Sequence record: SRR20825006_2619
DNA: 64,000 nt
Direction: 5' to 3' (one strand)
Positions 7,900 to 16,012 of this stretch are shown here, piece by piece. The notes beneath the pieces are model-generated. The model was not told the origin of the DNA. It did no database searches and worked only from the letters and a program-made list of their open reading frames with translations. Each line of letters opens with the position of its first letter. The first letter of the stretch is position 1. The translations under genes and the position numbers were made by a program.

Positions 7900-9498
7900 T
7901 CAAGGGGCGACGGTTGGTCTGGGAAGTTCCGAAAGCATGACGGCTGTGTCGGGAGCCTCCCCAGAGTAGAAGGAGACGTAGTGAGTGTCACCGATGACGG
8001 TGGCATTGGCGTTGCCCGAATCCCATGGAAGCGGACTGCCGGTGGCGACTGCTTCTGAAGCAGGCCAGTGCAGCGGGTTTTCAAAAACGAGGTCTGGATC
8101 AACCACTCGTCGCCGCAAGATGCCCCGGCCACGTTCGTAGTAGTAGTTGCTCAACAAGCCCGTTTCAGCGTCGAGGATGAGGCTGGGGGTGGAGGCGTAG
8201 ATATCGCCGATGTTGGTTTGCTGGCGTTTCCACGTGGCACCGTTGTCTGTTGAGATCATTTGAAATTGAGCTGGGCCGCTTTCCGTCCGTGCAACAGCGA
8301 GAATCCTGCCATCGCCGAGATAGACAGCAGAGGGTTCAGTGGGCCAGTCCGCTTTCAGCAGCCCGGACTCGACGGGAGTCTGAGTCCAGGTGACGCCATC
8401 GTCGGGGCTGGTCATCACGCCCCATGAGTGAACCGCTTGGTCGCTGTAGTTTCCTGCGAACCACAATGCCATCAGCCCAACATCGGGCACCGCGAAGACA
8501 TCGGTGATCTGCATCGGTTGGATCGCGAGTTCCGGAGTCGCTATCAGCTTGAAGGACACGCCATCGGTGGTGCGATAAAGGTCGTGGTGTCGCTGTTTCC
8601 CAACTCGGCGTACCCAGAGCAGCATCGCTCCCGTGGAATCCAGGCCTTTCCCGACGGTGACCTCGCCGAAGCCAGGGGTGTTCGCAACGACGGTTTCCGC
8701 CGTCCACGATTTTCCGCCGTCGACCGAGGTGCGTGCATACACCGCGCGAGCGTCTTCGTTGATTGAGTGTGCTGAGCCCCGGCTATAAGTGCAGACGAGT
8801 TTCTCTCCGATGGCTTGAGTCATCGGCCACGAGTTGTATCCGCTCACATCCTGGACAACATGAGCCTCTGCTGGGGCGTTCAGTGGTGTCACCTTCACGA
8901 CCGCCAGTCCCGTGGGGCGAGTGAAGGTATCGCCAGGCAAGCCTGGTTCTCGTTGGATTCGCACCGTCAGCGGCGCGTTGGGGACCACTTCATAGTAAGA
9001 TTCCAGGACGATAGTGCGGGAGTGGAGCGGGCCGGCAGGAAGTGGTGTTCGCACGGGTTTGCCCAAGGTGTATCCCGTTGTGAACGGTGCGTCCTCGACC
9101 ATTTGTGACAAGTGAACCCGGTAGACATCTTCTAGGTCCGGGCTGGTTCCCGCATCGGTGGACGTCACGATGATTTCGACCTTCACCGCATGGCACTCAC
9201 TGGGAAGTCCGTTGACAATGCCGGCGACCGATTGCCCTTCTGTGCCACCGGACATCGACCACACTGGGATGTGAGTGGATCCCTTGGACATGATGACAAG
9301 CGAAGGTTTCCCAGTTGCGATCGACAAATCATTCGCGGTCAGGTAGATCGCCGGTAAGGTCCGCGGGTTGGGGGCCCGTTCTTCCGACGCTTCTTCGGTA
9401 TCTTTCGTCGCAAACGCGATGTTTTGGCTGGGCGAAATCGCCAGCGTCAGTGCGAGGAACACGAACGGTAGGCAGGGGCACGTGAACGGCGATTTCAT
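7900..9498 (-). CDS. Secreted BNR/Asp-box (sialidase-like) beta-propeller protein
   Basis: Signal peptide. Asp-boxes SVDGGKSW, TTDGVSF, SPDDGVTW and STDNGATW, plus an extra N-terminal domain. Confidence 0.8.
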   Translation of the reverse strand: MKSPFTCPCLPFVFLALTLAISPSQNIAFATKDTEEASEERAPNPRTLPAIYLTANDLSIATGKPSLVIMSKGSTHIPVWSMSGGTEGQSVAGIVNGLPSECHAVKVEIIVTSTDAGTSPDLEDVYRVHLSQMVEDAPFTTGYTLGKPVRTPLPAGPLHSRTIVLESYYEVVPNAPLTVRIQREPGLPGDTFTRPTGLAVVKVTPLNAPAEAHVVQDVSGYNSWPMTQAIGEKLVCTYSRGSAHSINEDARAVYARTSVDGGKSWTAETVVANTPGFGEVTVGKGLDSTGAMLLWVRRVGKQRHHDLYRTTDGVSFKLIATPELAIQPMQITDVFAVPDVGLMALWFAGNYSDQAVHSWGVMTSPDDGVTWTQTPVESGLLKADWPTEPSAVYLGDGRILAVARTESGPAQFQMISTDNGATWKRQQTNIGDIYASTPSLILDAETGLLSNYYYERGRGILRRRVVDPDLVFENPLHWPASEAVATGSPLPWDSGNANATVIGDTHYVSFYSGEAPDTAVMLSELPRPTVAP

Positions 9499-9858
9499 GG
9501 CACTCAGACTAGGTGGGGCAGTTGATGGCGGGCTCACATTGTAGCCGTCGCTGAACAGCACCGTTTAAAAACCGGACCTCGGATTGGCCCAGGGAGCCAT
9601 TGAATGCAGGCGGTTTGAGTGAGGGAACGAGACTCGAGTTTTCGTTGCTGGTAACATCAGGCGTGGCACCGTCGGGCTTGTTGCTGGGGCGGTGCGAGTT
9701 GATTCGTATCGGCTCGTTCGCGCGTGGCGAAATGCTCGCGGTGATGTTGGTACGCCGCTGTGCAGCCTTCATCTGTGGATGGTGAAGCGGATGGAAGCGG
9801 ACGCGGATCGTGTTGGCGATCGCGACGGTGTGTTACAAGGATTGAGATAGGCGAAGGT

Positions 9859-10602
9859 TTGAAACGTTCAGCACAGATCGCGAGGCGTTTGCTGCCGATG
9901 GTGTTGGTCATTGTCGGCGTGTGCGGGCTGGTCAGCGGTGTCGGGGTTGAGTTGGCTGGTGACTGGTTGAATGTCGGTCGCGATGCGGGGCCGTTGGCAT
10001 TTGTGGTATTGGGAACGTTGGCGATGTGTCTGTTCGTTCCTAAAACGTTTGTGTCCATTGCAGCGGGATCAGTCTTTGGCCTGATGGTTGGTGGGCCAAC
10101 GCTTGCTGTCACCGCGGTCGTGTCGGCTTGGGTGAACTATCACTTAGGCCGGTGGTCGCTGGGGAATTCTTCGATCGATGCCGAGGCGGAAGGGACCGAC
10201 GCGTCATGGCGAGAAGCTCTGCGGATCATTCGGTCGGGGGCTCGCGAAGCAAATTTAGGAACGCATCTGTTGGTGCGTTTGTCGCCAATTCCAACGACGA
10301 TCATCAGCTACACGATGGGAGCTTCCCGAGCACGTCAGATTCCGTACTTGGCCGCGGCGTTGTTGGCTGCCGGGCCGCAGTTGCTGTGGGTTCATTGCGG
10401 AGCGGTGGCGACCGAAACGATGAGCACCGTCGCTGAGACGGGGATCTCTGGGGCGACTGACTCGAGTTTGACTCGTTGGTTGGGTTTGGTCACATCGGTG
10501 ATTGCCGCTGTGTTGCTGTCGGTTTTGGTGCCCAGGCACATTTGGAGGCAGCGAGCGAGAGAGATGGCCGCGGCGGAATTGGCGGCTGACCAGAACGCTT
10601 GA
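9859..10602 (+). CDS. TVP38/TMEM64 (DedA/VTT) family membrane protein
   Basis: FVPKTFVSIAAGSVFG, NYHLGR and LLVRLSPIP...ISYTMGAS motifs. Start uncertain (TTG 9859 or ATG 9898). Confidence 0.8.
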   Translation: MKRSAQIARRLLPMVLVIVGVCGLVSGVGVELAGDWLNVGRDAGPLAFVVLGTLAMCLFVPKTFVSIAAGSVFGLMVGGPTLAVTAVVSAWVNYHLGRWSLGNSSIDAEAEGTDASWREALRIIRSGAREANLGTHLLVRLSPIPTTIISYTMGASRARQIPYLAAALLAAGPQLLWVHCGAVATETMSTVAETGISGATDSSLTRWLGLVTSVIAAVLLSVLVPRHIWRQRAREMAAAELAADQNA

Positions 10603-10729
10603 GCCGAGCGGCAGTTCTGAGGAGTGCCGTGTGACCGGCGACCCAGCGACAGTCTGCTGGCATCTTCGCCGGATCTCTGCCCAGATCGATCTGAGGCAGC
10701 ATTTTGCGTCAGATTCTGACCGCGCATCG

Positions 10730-10757
10730 AAAAAGGTCCTGACGGAACAGGACCTTT
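10730..10757 (-). terminator. Intrinsic terminator downstream of rpsT (possibly bidirectional)
   Basis: Perfect 10-bp inverted repeat AAAGGTCCTG-N6-CAGGACCTTT with a T run on the minus strand, between convergent genes. Confidence 0.65.
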
Positions 10758-10831
10758 GGGTGATTTCGTGGTCTCAAATTTAGTGGCCGGTCAGCGGGGA
10801 TTCGCGACGCTGGCCACAAAATTGGCCCGAA

Positions 10832-11104
10832 TCAGGCAGTTTGAGCTGCGTTCTTGATCAGGTTGTTCAGTCGGCTCTTGGTGCGAGCGGCAGCGTTCTT
10901 GTGGATCAAGTTGTTCGCTGCGGCACGGTCCAGTTTCTTTTGAGCGACTTTGAACTCGTTCTTGGCAGTTTCCAGATCGTTGTTTTCGACAGCTTCACGG
11001 ACACGGCGAATCGTCGATCGCATGTTGCTACGAGTGGCACGATTGAGCAAACGACGTTTTTCGTTTTGACGCAGACGTTTCGAGGCGCTTGAAGTGTTTG
11101 GCAT
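10832..11104 (-). CDS. rpsT: 30S ribosomal protein S20
   Basis: MPNTSSASKRLRQNEKRRLLNR...LDRAA...IHKNAAARTKSRL. Confidence 0.98.
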   Translation of the reverse strand: MPNTSSASKRLRQNEKRRLLNRATRSNMRSTIRRVREAVENNDLETAKNEFKVAQKKLDRAAANNLIHKNAAARTKSRLNNLIKNAAQTA

Positions 11105-11269
11105 TTCGCTCGGAGTGTCCGGCGGACACGCTTAGGTAGGGAACGGATCAAATTGGTCAAAATTTGGAATCGAGGAGTATGACGTCCATTCAGCCGACTG
11201 TCCAGGTCAACGGAGAAGTTCCATAATCTTGTTTTCCAACCTTATTTATCGCGAAAAAGCTTCAACTCC

Positions 11270-12802
11270 TTGAATTCTGAACTTGCTCTTTCTGAAACAA
11301 CGCCGGGATTCGTCGCATTGGTGGGGGCAGGACCCGGCCACCCCGGACTGCTGACACTCCGCGGACGCGAATGCCTGCAGGATTGCGAGGTCGTCCTTTA
11401 CGACGGGCTGAGCAATGTCGAAATGCTGGTGCACGCCCCGCAGGCGGTTCATCAATGCGTCGGCAAGCACGGCCAATCTCGTATTTGGAAGCAGGGTGAA
11501 ATCATCGCCGAGATGATCCGGCACGCCAAAGAGGGCAAACGTGTCGTGCGTCTGAAGGGGGGCGACCCGGCGGTGTTCGCCAGGACCAGCGAAGAGGTCA
11601 ACGCGTTGAAGGCGGAGCGGATTCCGTTTGAGATCGTCCCGGGAATCACCGCGGCACTGGCGGCGGGATCGTATGCGGGCATTCCGATCACGCACCGCGG
11701 AATTGCCTCGGCGGTGGCTTTGGTGACCGGTCACGAGGAACCAGGCAAGGCAAAATCGGATTTGGATTGGCCAGCACTGGCAAGATTCCCCGGAACGTTG
11801 GTGATCTATATGGGAGTCACGACGGCGAAGCAGTGGACTGACGCGTTGATTGGCAGCGGCAAGGATCCCAAGACACCCTGCGCAATTCTGCGGCGATGCA
11901 GTTTGCCGGACCAGCAGAAGATTCAATGTCGGTTGGACGAGGTCGCCGGGCATCTGACTCCTGCCAGCAAATTTCGTCCGCCGGTGATCACGATTGTTGG
12001 CGAGGTCACCGGGTTGGCAGAGTCGATGGATTGGTTCAGTCGTCGACCGCTCTCGGGAAAGAACGTCTTGGTCACACGTCCGAAGGACCAAGCGGACCAG
12101 TTGGCAAAGCCGCTGGAAGAATTGGGGGCCAATGTGATCGTGCAACCGGCGATTAAGATTTGCGCACCGGATGACTGGTCGGAGGTGGATGCCGCGATTG
12201 ATCAGATCGAGACCTTTGATTCGTTGGTCTTCACGAGCCGCAACGGCGTGAAGAGCTTTCTAGATCGTTTGCTCGATGTCGGCCGTGACATGCGTTGCTT
12301 GGGCGGTCTGAAGATCGCGGTTGTCGGTGACGCGACGGCGAAGGTCTTGGCAACCTATCATTTGCGAGCTGACTGGATCCCCGAGTCTTTCGATGCGGAC
12401 GCATTGTTGACGACCTTGCAAAACGCCGAACCACCACTGAAGTCAACTTTGGTTGTGCGGACTCAGCGTGGCCGAGATGTCATCACGGATGGCTTGCGTG
12501 CCTCAGGCACTCAAGTGCGTGAGGTGGTCGCTTATGAGAACCGGGACGTGCCCGAGATGGATCCAGCGACACGCGGCAAAATCGACGAGCAACCACTGGA
12601 CTGGATCACGTTGACCAGTCCCGCGACAGCGAGGAATGTTCACCGTTGGTTGGGTGATTCCATCGGCGAGACCAGAATCGCGGTGATCAGTCCGCTGACC
12701 GCCCAAACCGTTCGCGAATTGGGATGGCGCGTCGACGCGGTCGCTGCGTCTGCCACAATGCAATCTTTGACCCAAGCGATTCTAGACGCGGAGACAACAT
12801 GA
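11270..12802 (+). CDS. cobA: Uroporphyrinogen-III C-methyltransferase / uroporphyrinogen-III synthase fusion (CobA-HemD)
   Basis: LVGAGPGHPGLLTLRG, VRLKGGDP and IVPGITAA, followed by a HemD domain (VLVTRP, FTSRNGV, LTSP). Confidence 0.93.
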   Translation: MNSELALSETTPGFVALVGAGPGHPGLLTLRGRECLQDCEVVLYDGLSNVEMLVHAPQAVHQCVGKHGQSRIWKQGEIIAEMIRHAKEGKRVVRLKGGDPAVFARTSEEVNALKAERIPFEIVPGITAALAAGSYAGIPITHRGIASAVALVTGHEEPGKAKSDLDWPALARFPGTLVIYMGVTTAKQWTDALIGSGKDPKTPCAILRRCSLPDQQKIQCRLDEVAGHLTPASKFRPPVITIVGEVTGLAESMDWFSRRPLSGKNVLVTRPKDQADQLAKPLEELGANVIVQPAIKICAPDDWSEVDAAIDQIETFDSLVFTSRNGVKSFLDRLLDVGRDMRCLGGLKIAVVGDATAKVLATYHLRADWIPESFDADALLTTLQNAEPPLKSTLVVRTQRGRDVITDGLRASGTQVREVVAYENRDVPEMDPATRGKIDEQPLDWITLTSPATARNVHRWLGDSIGETRIAVISPLTAQTVRELGWRVDAVAASATMQSLTQAILDAETT

Positions 12803-13113
12803 TTCCTAAACGTTACCGCCAGATGCATGCTGATCACCCTGAATACATGCGTGCTTATGAGGACTTGGGCAAGGCCGCTCGAGAGTCGGGGCCTTTGAAT
12901 GACCGCGAGGTGGCGCTGGTCAAATTGGCGATTTCCTTGGGCGCAGGTTTGGAAGGTGCCGCGCATTCTCATTGTCGAAAGGCGCTCGAGGCGGGGTGCA
13001 CGCCGGATGATCTGCGGCACGTGGCGATGCTATCCGCACCGACGATTGGTTTCCCCACGATGATGCGTGCGAAGTCGTGGGTGGAAGACGTGATTGACCC
13101 CAAACCTGAATGA
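12799..13113 (+). CDS. Carboxymuconolactone decarboxylase (CMD/AhpD-like) family protein
   Basis: ATGA overlap with cobA. GPLNDREVALVKLAISLG...HSH...ALEAG...PTIGFP. Confidence 0.85.
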   Translation: MIPKRYRQMHADHPEYMRAYEDLGKAARESGPLNDREVALVKLAISLGAGLEGAAHSHCRKALEAGCTPDDLRHVAMLSAPTIGFPTMMRAKSWVEDVIDPKPE

Positions 13114-13156
13114 TGGATTGGGTTTCATTCATGGTCAGAATCGAAGTTTGATTGGA

Positions 13157-13789
13157 TCAGAGAGTGACCCAGCCCGGTCGAGTTGGGCGACTGCCGCGTT
13201 GGCGATGGGTGGCTTGGAGTGCTGGCATCCAAAGCAGGTGCTGAGCGATCGTGATCAACGACTTCGGATCGATCGGTTTGAAGAGGCAATGTGTGGGAGC
13301 GATCTCGCTTTCGGTTTTCTTTTCGAGTCCCGCCCATTTGGAATCGGCCAACAAGACGACAGGCAGATTTTGGAACGGAGAGAACTGGCGGATCTGCTGG
13401 ACAATTGTCAGCACGCTCATGGGATCGTCGGCCACATCCCAGATCAGCAGGTCGATAGCGAATTTGCTTGACGAATGATTCGATGCATCGGAATGGCCCG
13501 GTTGTGGATGGCCTTCATCAATCCGAACTTGAAGCTTTGGCAAGGTCGAGGTGTCGTCGGACAATTCCAGTTCAAACGCTTTTAAGACTGCGTCCGTGCT
13601 GCGAGCACAAATGCATCGCATGCCTTCGTGATGCAGAACACCCGCGGTGGCCAAGAGAGAGAGAGGCTTCGGGTCCGCGATCACGACGGTAGAGGTCGTC
13701 GATTTCTTGTCAGGAACGCTCGGATTTCCAGGCGTGTTCGAATTTCCGGGCGTGTTCGAAGTGGAGTTGTTCACAGGATTGGATGTCAT
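13157..13789 (-). CDS. Atypical stand-alone receiver-domain protein
   Basis: VVIAD, DLLIWD, LPVVLL and CLFKPIDP match the REC fold order, with a ~30-aa insertion. Confidence 0.65.
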   Translation of the reverse strand: MTSNPVNNSTSNTPGNSNTPGNPSVPDKKSTTSTVVIADPKPLSLLATAGVLHHEGMRCICARSTDAVLKAFELELSDDTSTLPKLQVRIDEGHPQPGHSDASNHSSSKFAIDLLIWDVADDPMSVLTIVQQIRQFSPFQNLPVVLLADSKWAGLEKKTESEIAPTHCLFKPIDPKSLITIAQHLLWMPALQATHRQRGSRPTRPGWVTL

Positions 13790-14035
13790 CAGACGGCCAG
13801 GAGTATCAATGAGAACGATCTTCGACGAAACAAACCCACCCACACACTTTTGGAGTTGTGCAATCGCACGATGGTTTTCCGAGTCCGTCGGTGCCGACGA
13901 CTTTTGACGGTTTTGGAAGTGAGCCGGGACGCCATATCGGTGGCGAGATGAATTCGAAATACGCCATTGGAAGCCACTTCTGCAAGCTCAGAAGCTGCCT
14001 TTCGGTGGGGAAGTTTGCTTTGCTAGGGTCGAATC

Positions 14036-14602
14036 ATGATTGGTGAATACAAAATCAACCGAACCACCCGCCGCTGCAGCGTCGGCGATCGTCCTTTGGA
14101 GCCAGGCGAGGTCTATTATTCCGTCGTTTTCGAATCCGATGAGGATTTCAAACGGATCGATATTGCCGGAGACGCTTGGAAAGGACCACCGGATGACGCG
14201 ATCGGTTGGTGGAAGAACCGCGTGCCGAAAGCGGAAGAAAAGAAACGGGAAGTTGCACCGCCGGAAGTTCTGATCGAACTGCTGCGATCGATGGCGGACC
14301 AACCCGCGGCAGCAAAAAGTCGATTCCTATTGGCCCTGCTGCTGTTACGCAAACGACATTTGAAAACCATCGAGCCCACCGCAACCGGTTCGCCGATCGG
14401 CGCTCCCGAACAAGATCCACGTAATGATGGCGATGGGGACGCACCGAAGCCCGTCTCTCGCGAAACGATGATGCTGATGTCCAACTTGGACCAATCGACG
14501 ATGGAAGTGGAAGTGGTAGCGATCGGCCCGTCCGAAGCTGGCAAGCTCCAAGATGAATTGATTGATTTGATTTACCGTGACGTCGACGAACTCCCTGAAT
14601 GA
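14036..14602 (+). CDS. Hypothetical protein (planctomycete-type)
   Basis: Clean 188-aa ORF: RRCSVGDRPLEPGEVYYSVV...GWWK...RFLLALLLLRKRHL. Confidence 0.75.
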   Translation: MIGEYKINRTTRRCSVGDRPLEPGEVYYSVVFESDEDFKRIDIAGDAWKGPPDDAIGWWKNRVPKAEEKKREVAPPEVLIELLRSMADQPAAAKSRFLLALLLLRKRHLKTIEPTATGSPIGAPEQDPRNDGDGDAPKPVSRETMMLMSNLDQSTMEVEVVAIGPSEAGKLQDELIDLIYRDVDELPE

Positions 14603-14605
14603 GAA

Positions 14606-15760
14606 TTGACGCCGATGCTTTCCACCTTCTCATTGCCCGCGTTCTCTTTGCCGGCATTGATTCGTATGAGTGATCGACACCTCGCGTTGGTCGGTGTGAT
14701 CGCGATGCTTGGCTTGCTGGCGCAGACGACCGGATGCGTTCGGGCGGTATCGAACACGACCTTCCCAGCTCCACCGGTGGTTCTGCATGAGTCGCCTGAC
14801 ATTTACCAACTTGCCGCGGCGGTCAATCGAACCGATGTGGTTCAACAGTTGTCGACAAACTCAGCCAAGTTGGATGTGTTGTCGATGCCGGCGGTTCCAA
14901 AGCTCAATGCAACCGTCAACCTTCAACGAGAGAAACGTTTTCGAATGAAGGCCAGCGTCCCAGTCATCATGGGAGCAGGCATTGATTTGGGGAGCAACGA
15001 GAACGAGTTTTGGTTCGAAGTCCCGGAGAACATGACTTCCAAAACGTTGTACTACGCCAATCACGAACAATACGCGAAGCAGCTCAATCGTTCGATCTTG
15101 CCGGTGGATCCGAGTTGGTTGATCGAAGCGATCGGTTTGGCTCGATTGGACCCGAGTTCTGTGATCGGGGTTCCAGTGCTTCGCAGTGACGGATTGATTG
15201 AAGTCCGGACGTCCGTGCATACATCTTCGGGTATGTACCAACGTGTGATCTTTATCGAGCCCTCGGCGGGATACGTGACGAATTTGTTCTTGTATTCGCC
15301 GGATGGTCGGCAAGTCGCGAAAAGTGTTTCTTCGGATCATCGGTTCAACGAAGCGGCGAACGTCGTTTTGCCACACCGAGTCAAAATGGAACTGTTCCCC
15401 GCCGCCGGTCCACCCTTGGCGATGCAGTTGGAAGTCGCTTCTTACACAGTCAACCAATTGTTGTCCGGCGATCCCGATTTGTTCACGATGCCGACGACGA
15501 ACCCAAACCAAGTGAACTTGGTCCAAATGTCAGGCATGACTTCGCCGGGAGGATTCGGTAGCACTGCGACGGGCGCCATGGGGTTCAGCTCCGCCTCAAC
15601 GGGCCAAATCGTGCCCGCGTCGGAATCCTCTTGGACTCAGACGCCAATGAATCAGGCCGCGGGAATTCAGGGATCGGGAATGCAGGGATACGGTGTAGCC
15701 GGTCCGGCGGCCTATTCCGCCAATGCTCCCACCGGACCTCCGCTTCGAGGACTTCGCTAG
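14606..15760 (+). CDS. Hypothetical lipoprotein-like protein
   Basis: Hydrophobic segment ending in TTGC, a beta-rich core (DLGSNENEFWF) and a low-complexity C-tail. It starts a few bases after the upstream gene. Confidence 0.75.
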   Translation: MTPMLSTFSLPAFSLPALIRMSDRHLALVGVIAMLGLLAQTTGCVRAVSNTTFPAPPVVLHESPDIYQLAAAVNRTDVVQQLSTNSAKLDVLSMPAVPKLNATVNLQREKRFRMKASVPVIMGAGIDLGSNENEFWFEVPENMTSKTLYYANHEQYAKQLNRSILPVDPSWLIEAIGLARLDPSSVIGVPVLRSDGLIEVRTSVHTSSGMYQRVIFIEPSAGYVTNLFLYSPDGRQVAKSVSSDHRFNEAANVVLPHRVKMELFPAAGPPLAMQLEVASYTVNQLLSGDPDLFTMPTTNPNQVNLVQMSGMTSPGGFGSTATGAMGFSSASTGQIVPASESSWTQTPMNQAAGIQGSGMQGYGVAGPAAYSANAPTGPPLRGLR

Positions 15761-15767
15761 AAATCGA

Positions 15768-15789
15768 CCCCAATTGATAGCAATTGGGG
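15768..15789 (+). terminator. Hairpin after the 14036-15760 gene pair
   Basis: CCCCAATTG-ATAG-CAATTGGGG, a perfect 9-bp stem. The U-tract is weak. Confidence 0.45.
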
Positions 15790-16012
15790 GTGTTCGATGA
15801 TGGATCATGCTGCGGCAGCGAGTGTTTTCCGCAAAGCGGTTCTGTGCGAACGTAAGTTTGAGCGTTTTAACAGCCTGCCCATGAAAACTGGCATGCAACG
15901 GCCCGGCATTCGCTGCTGTCGAGGAAGGACCTGATTGTTGCCAAATGGGCATGCACACGGTCCAATGCAAGTTCCATCTTCGTAACCATGGTGTGGCCCA
16001 GAACAGGGACGA

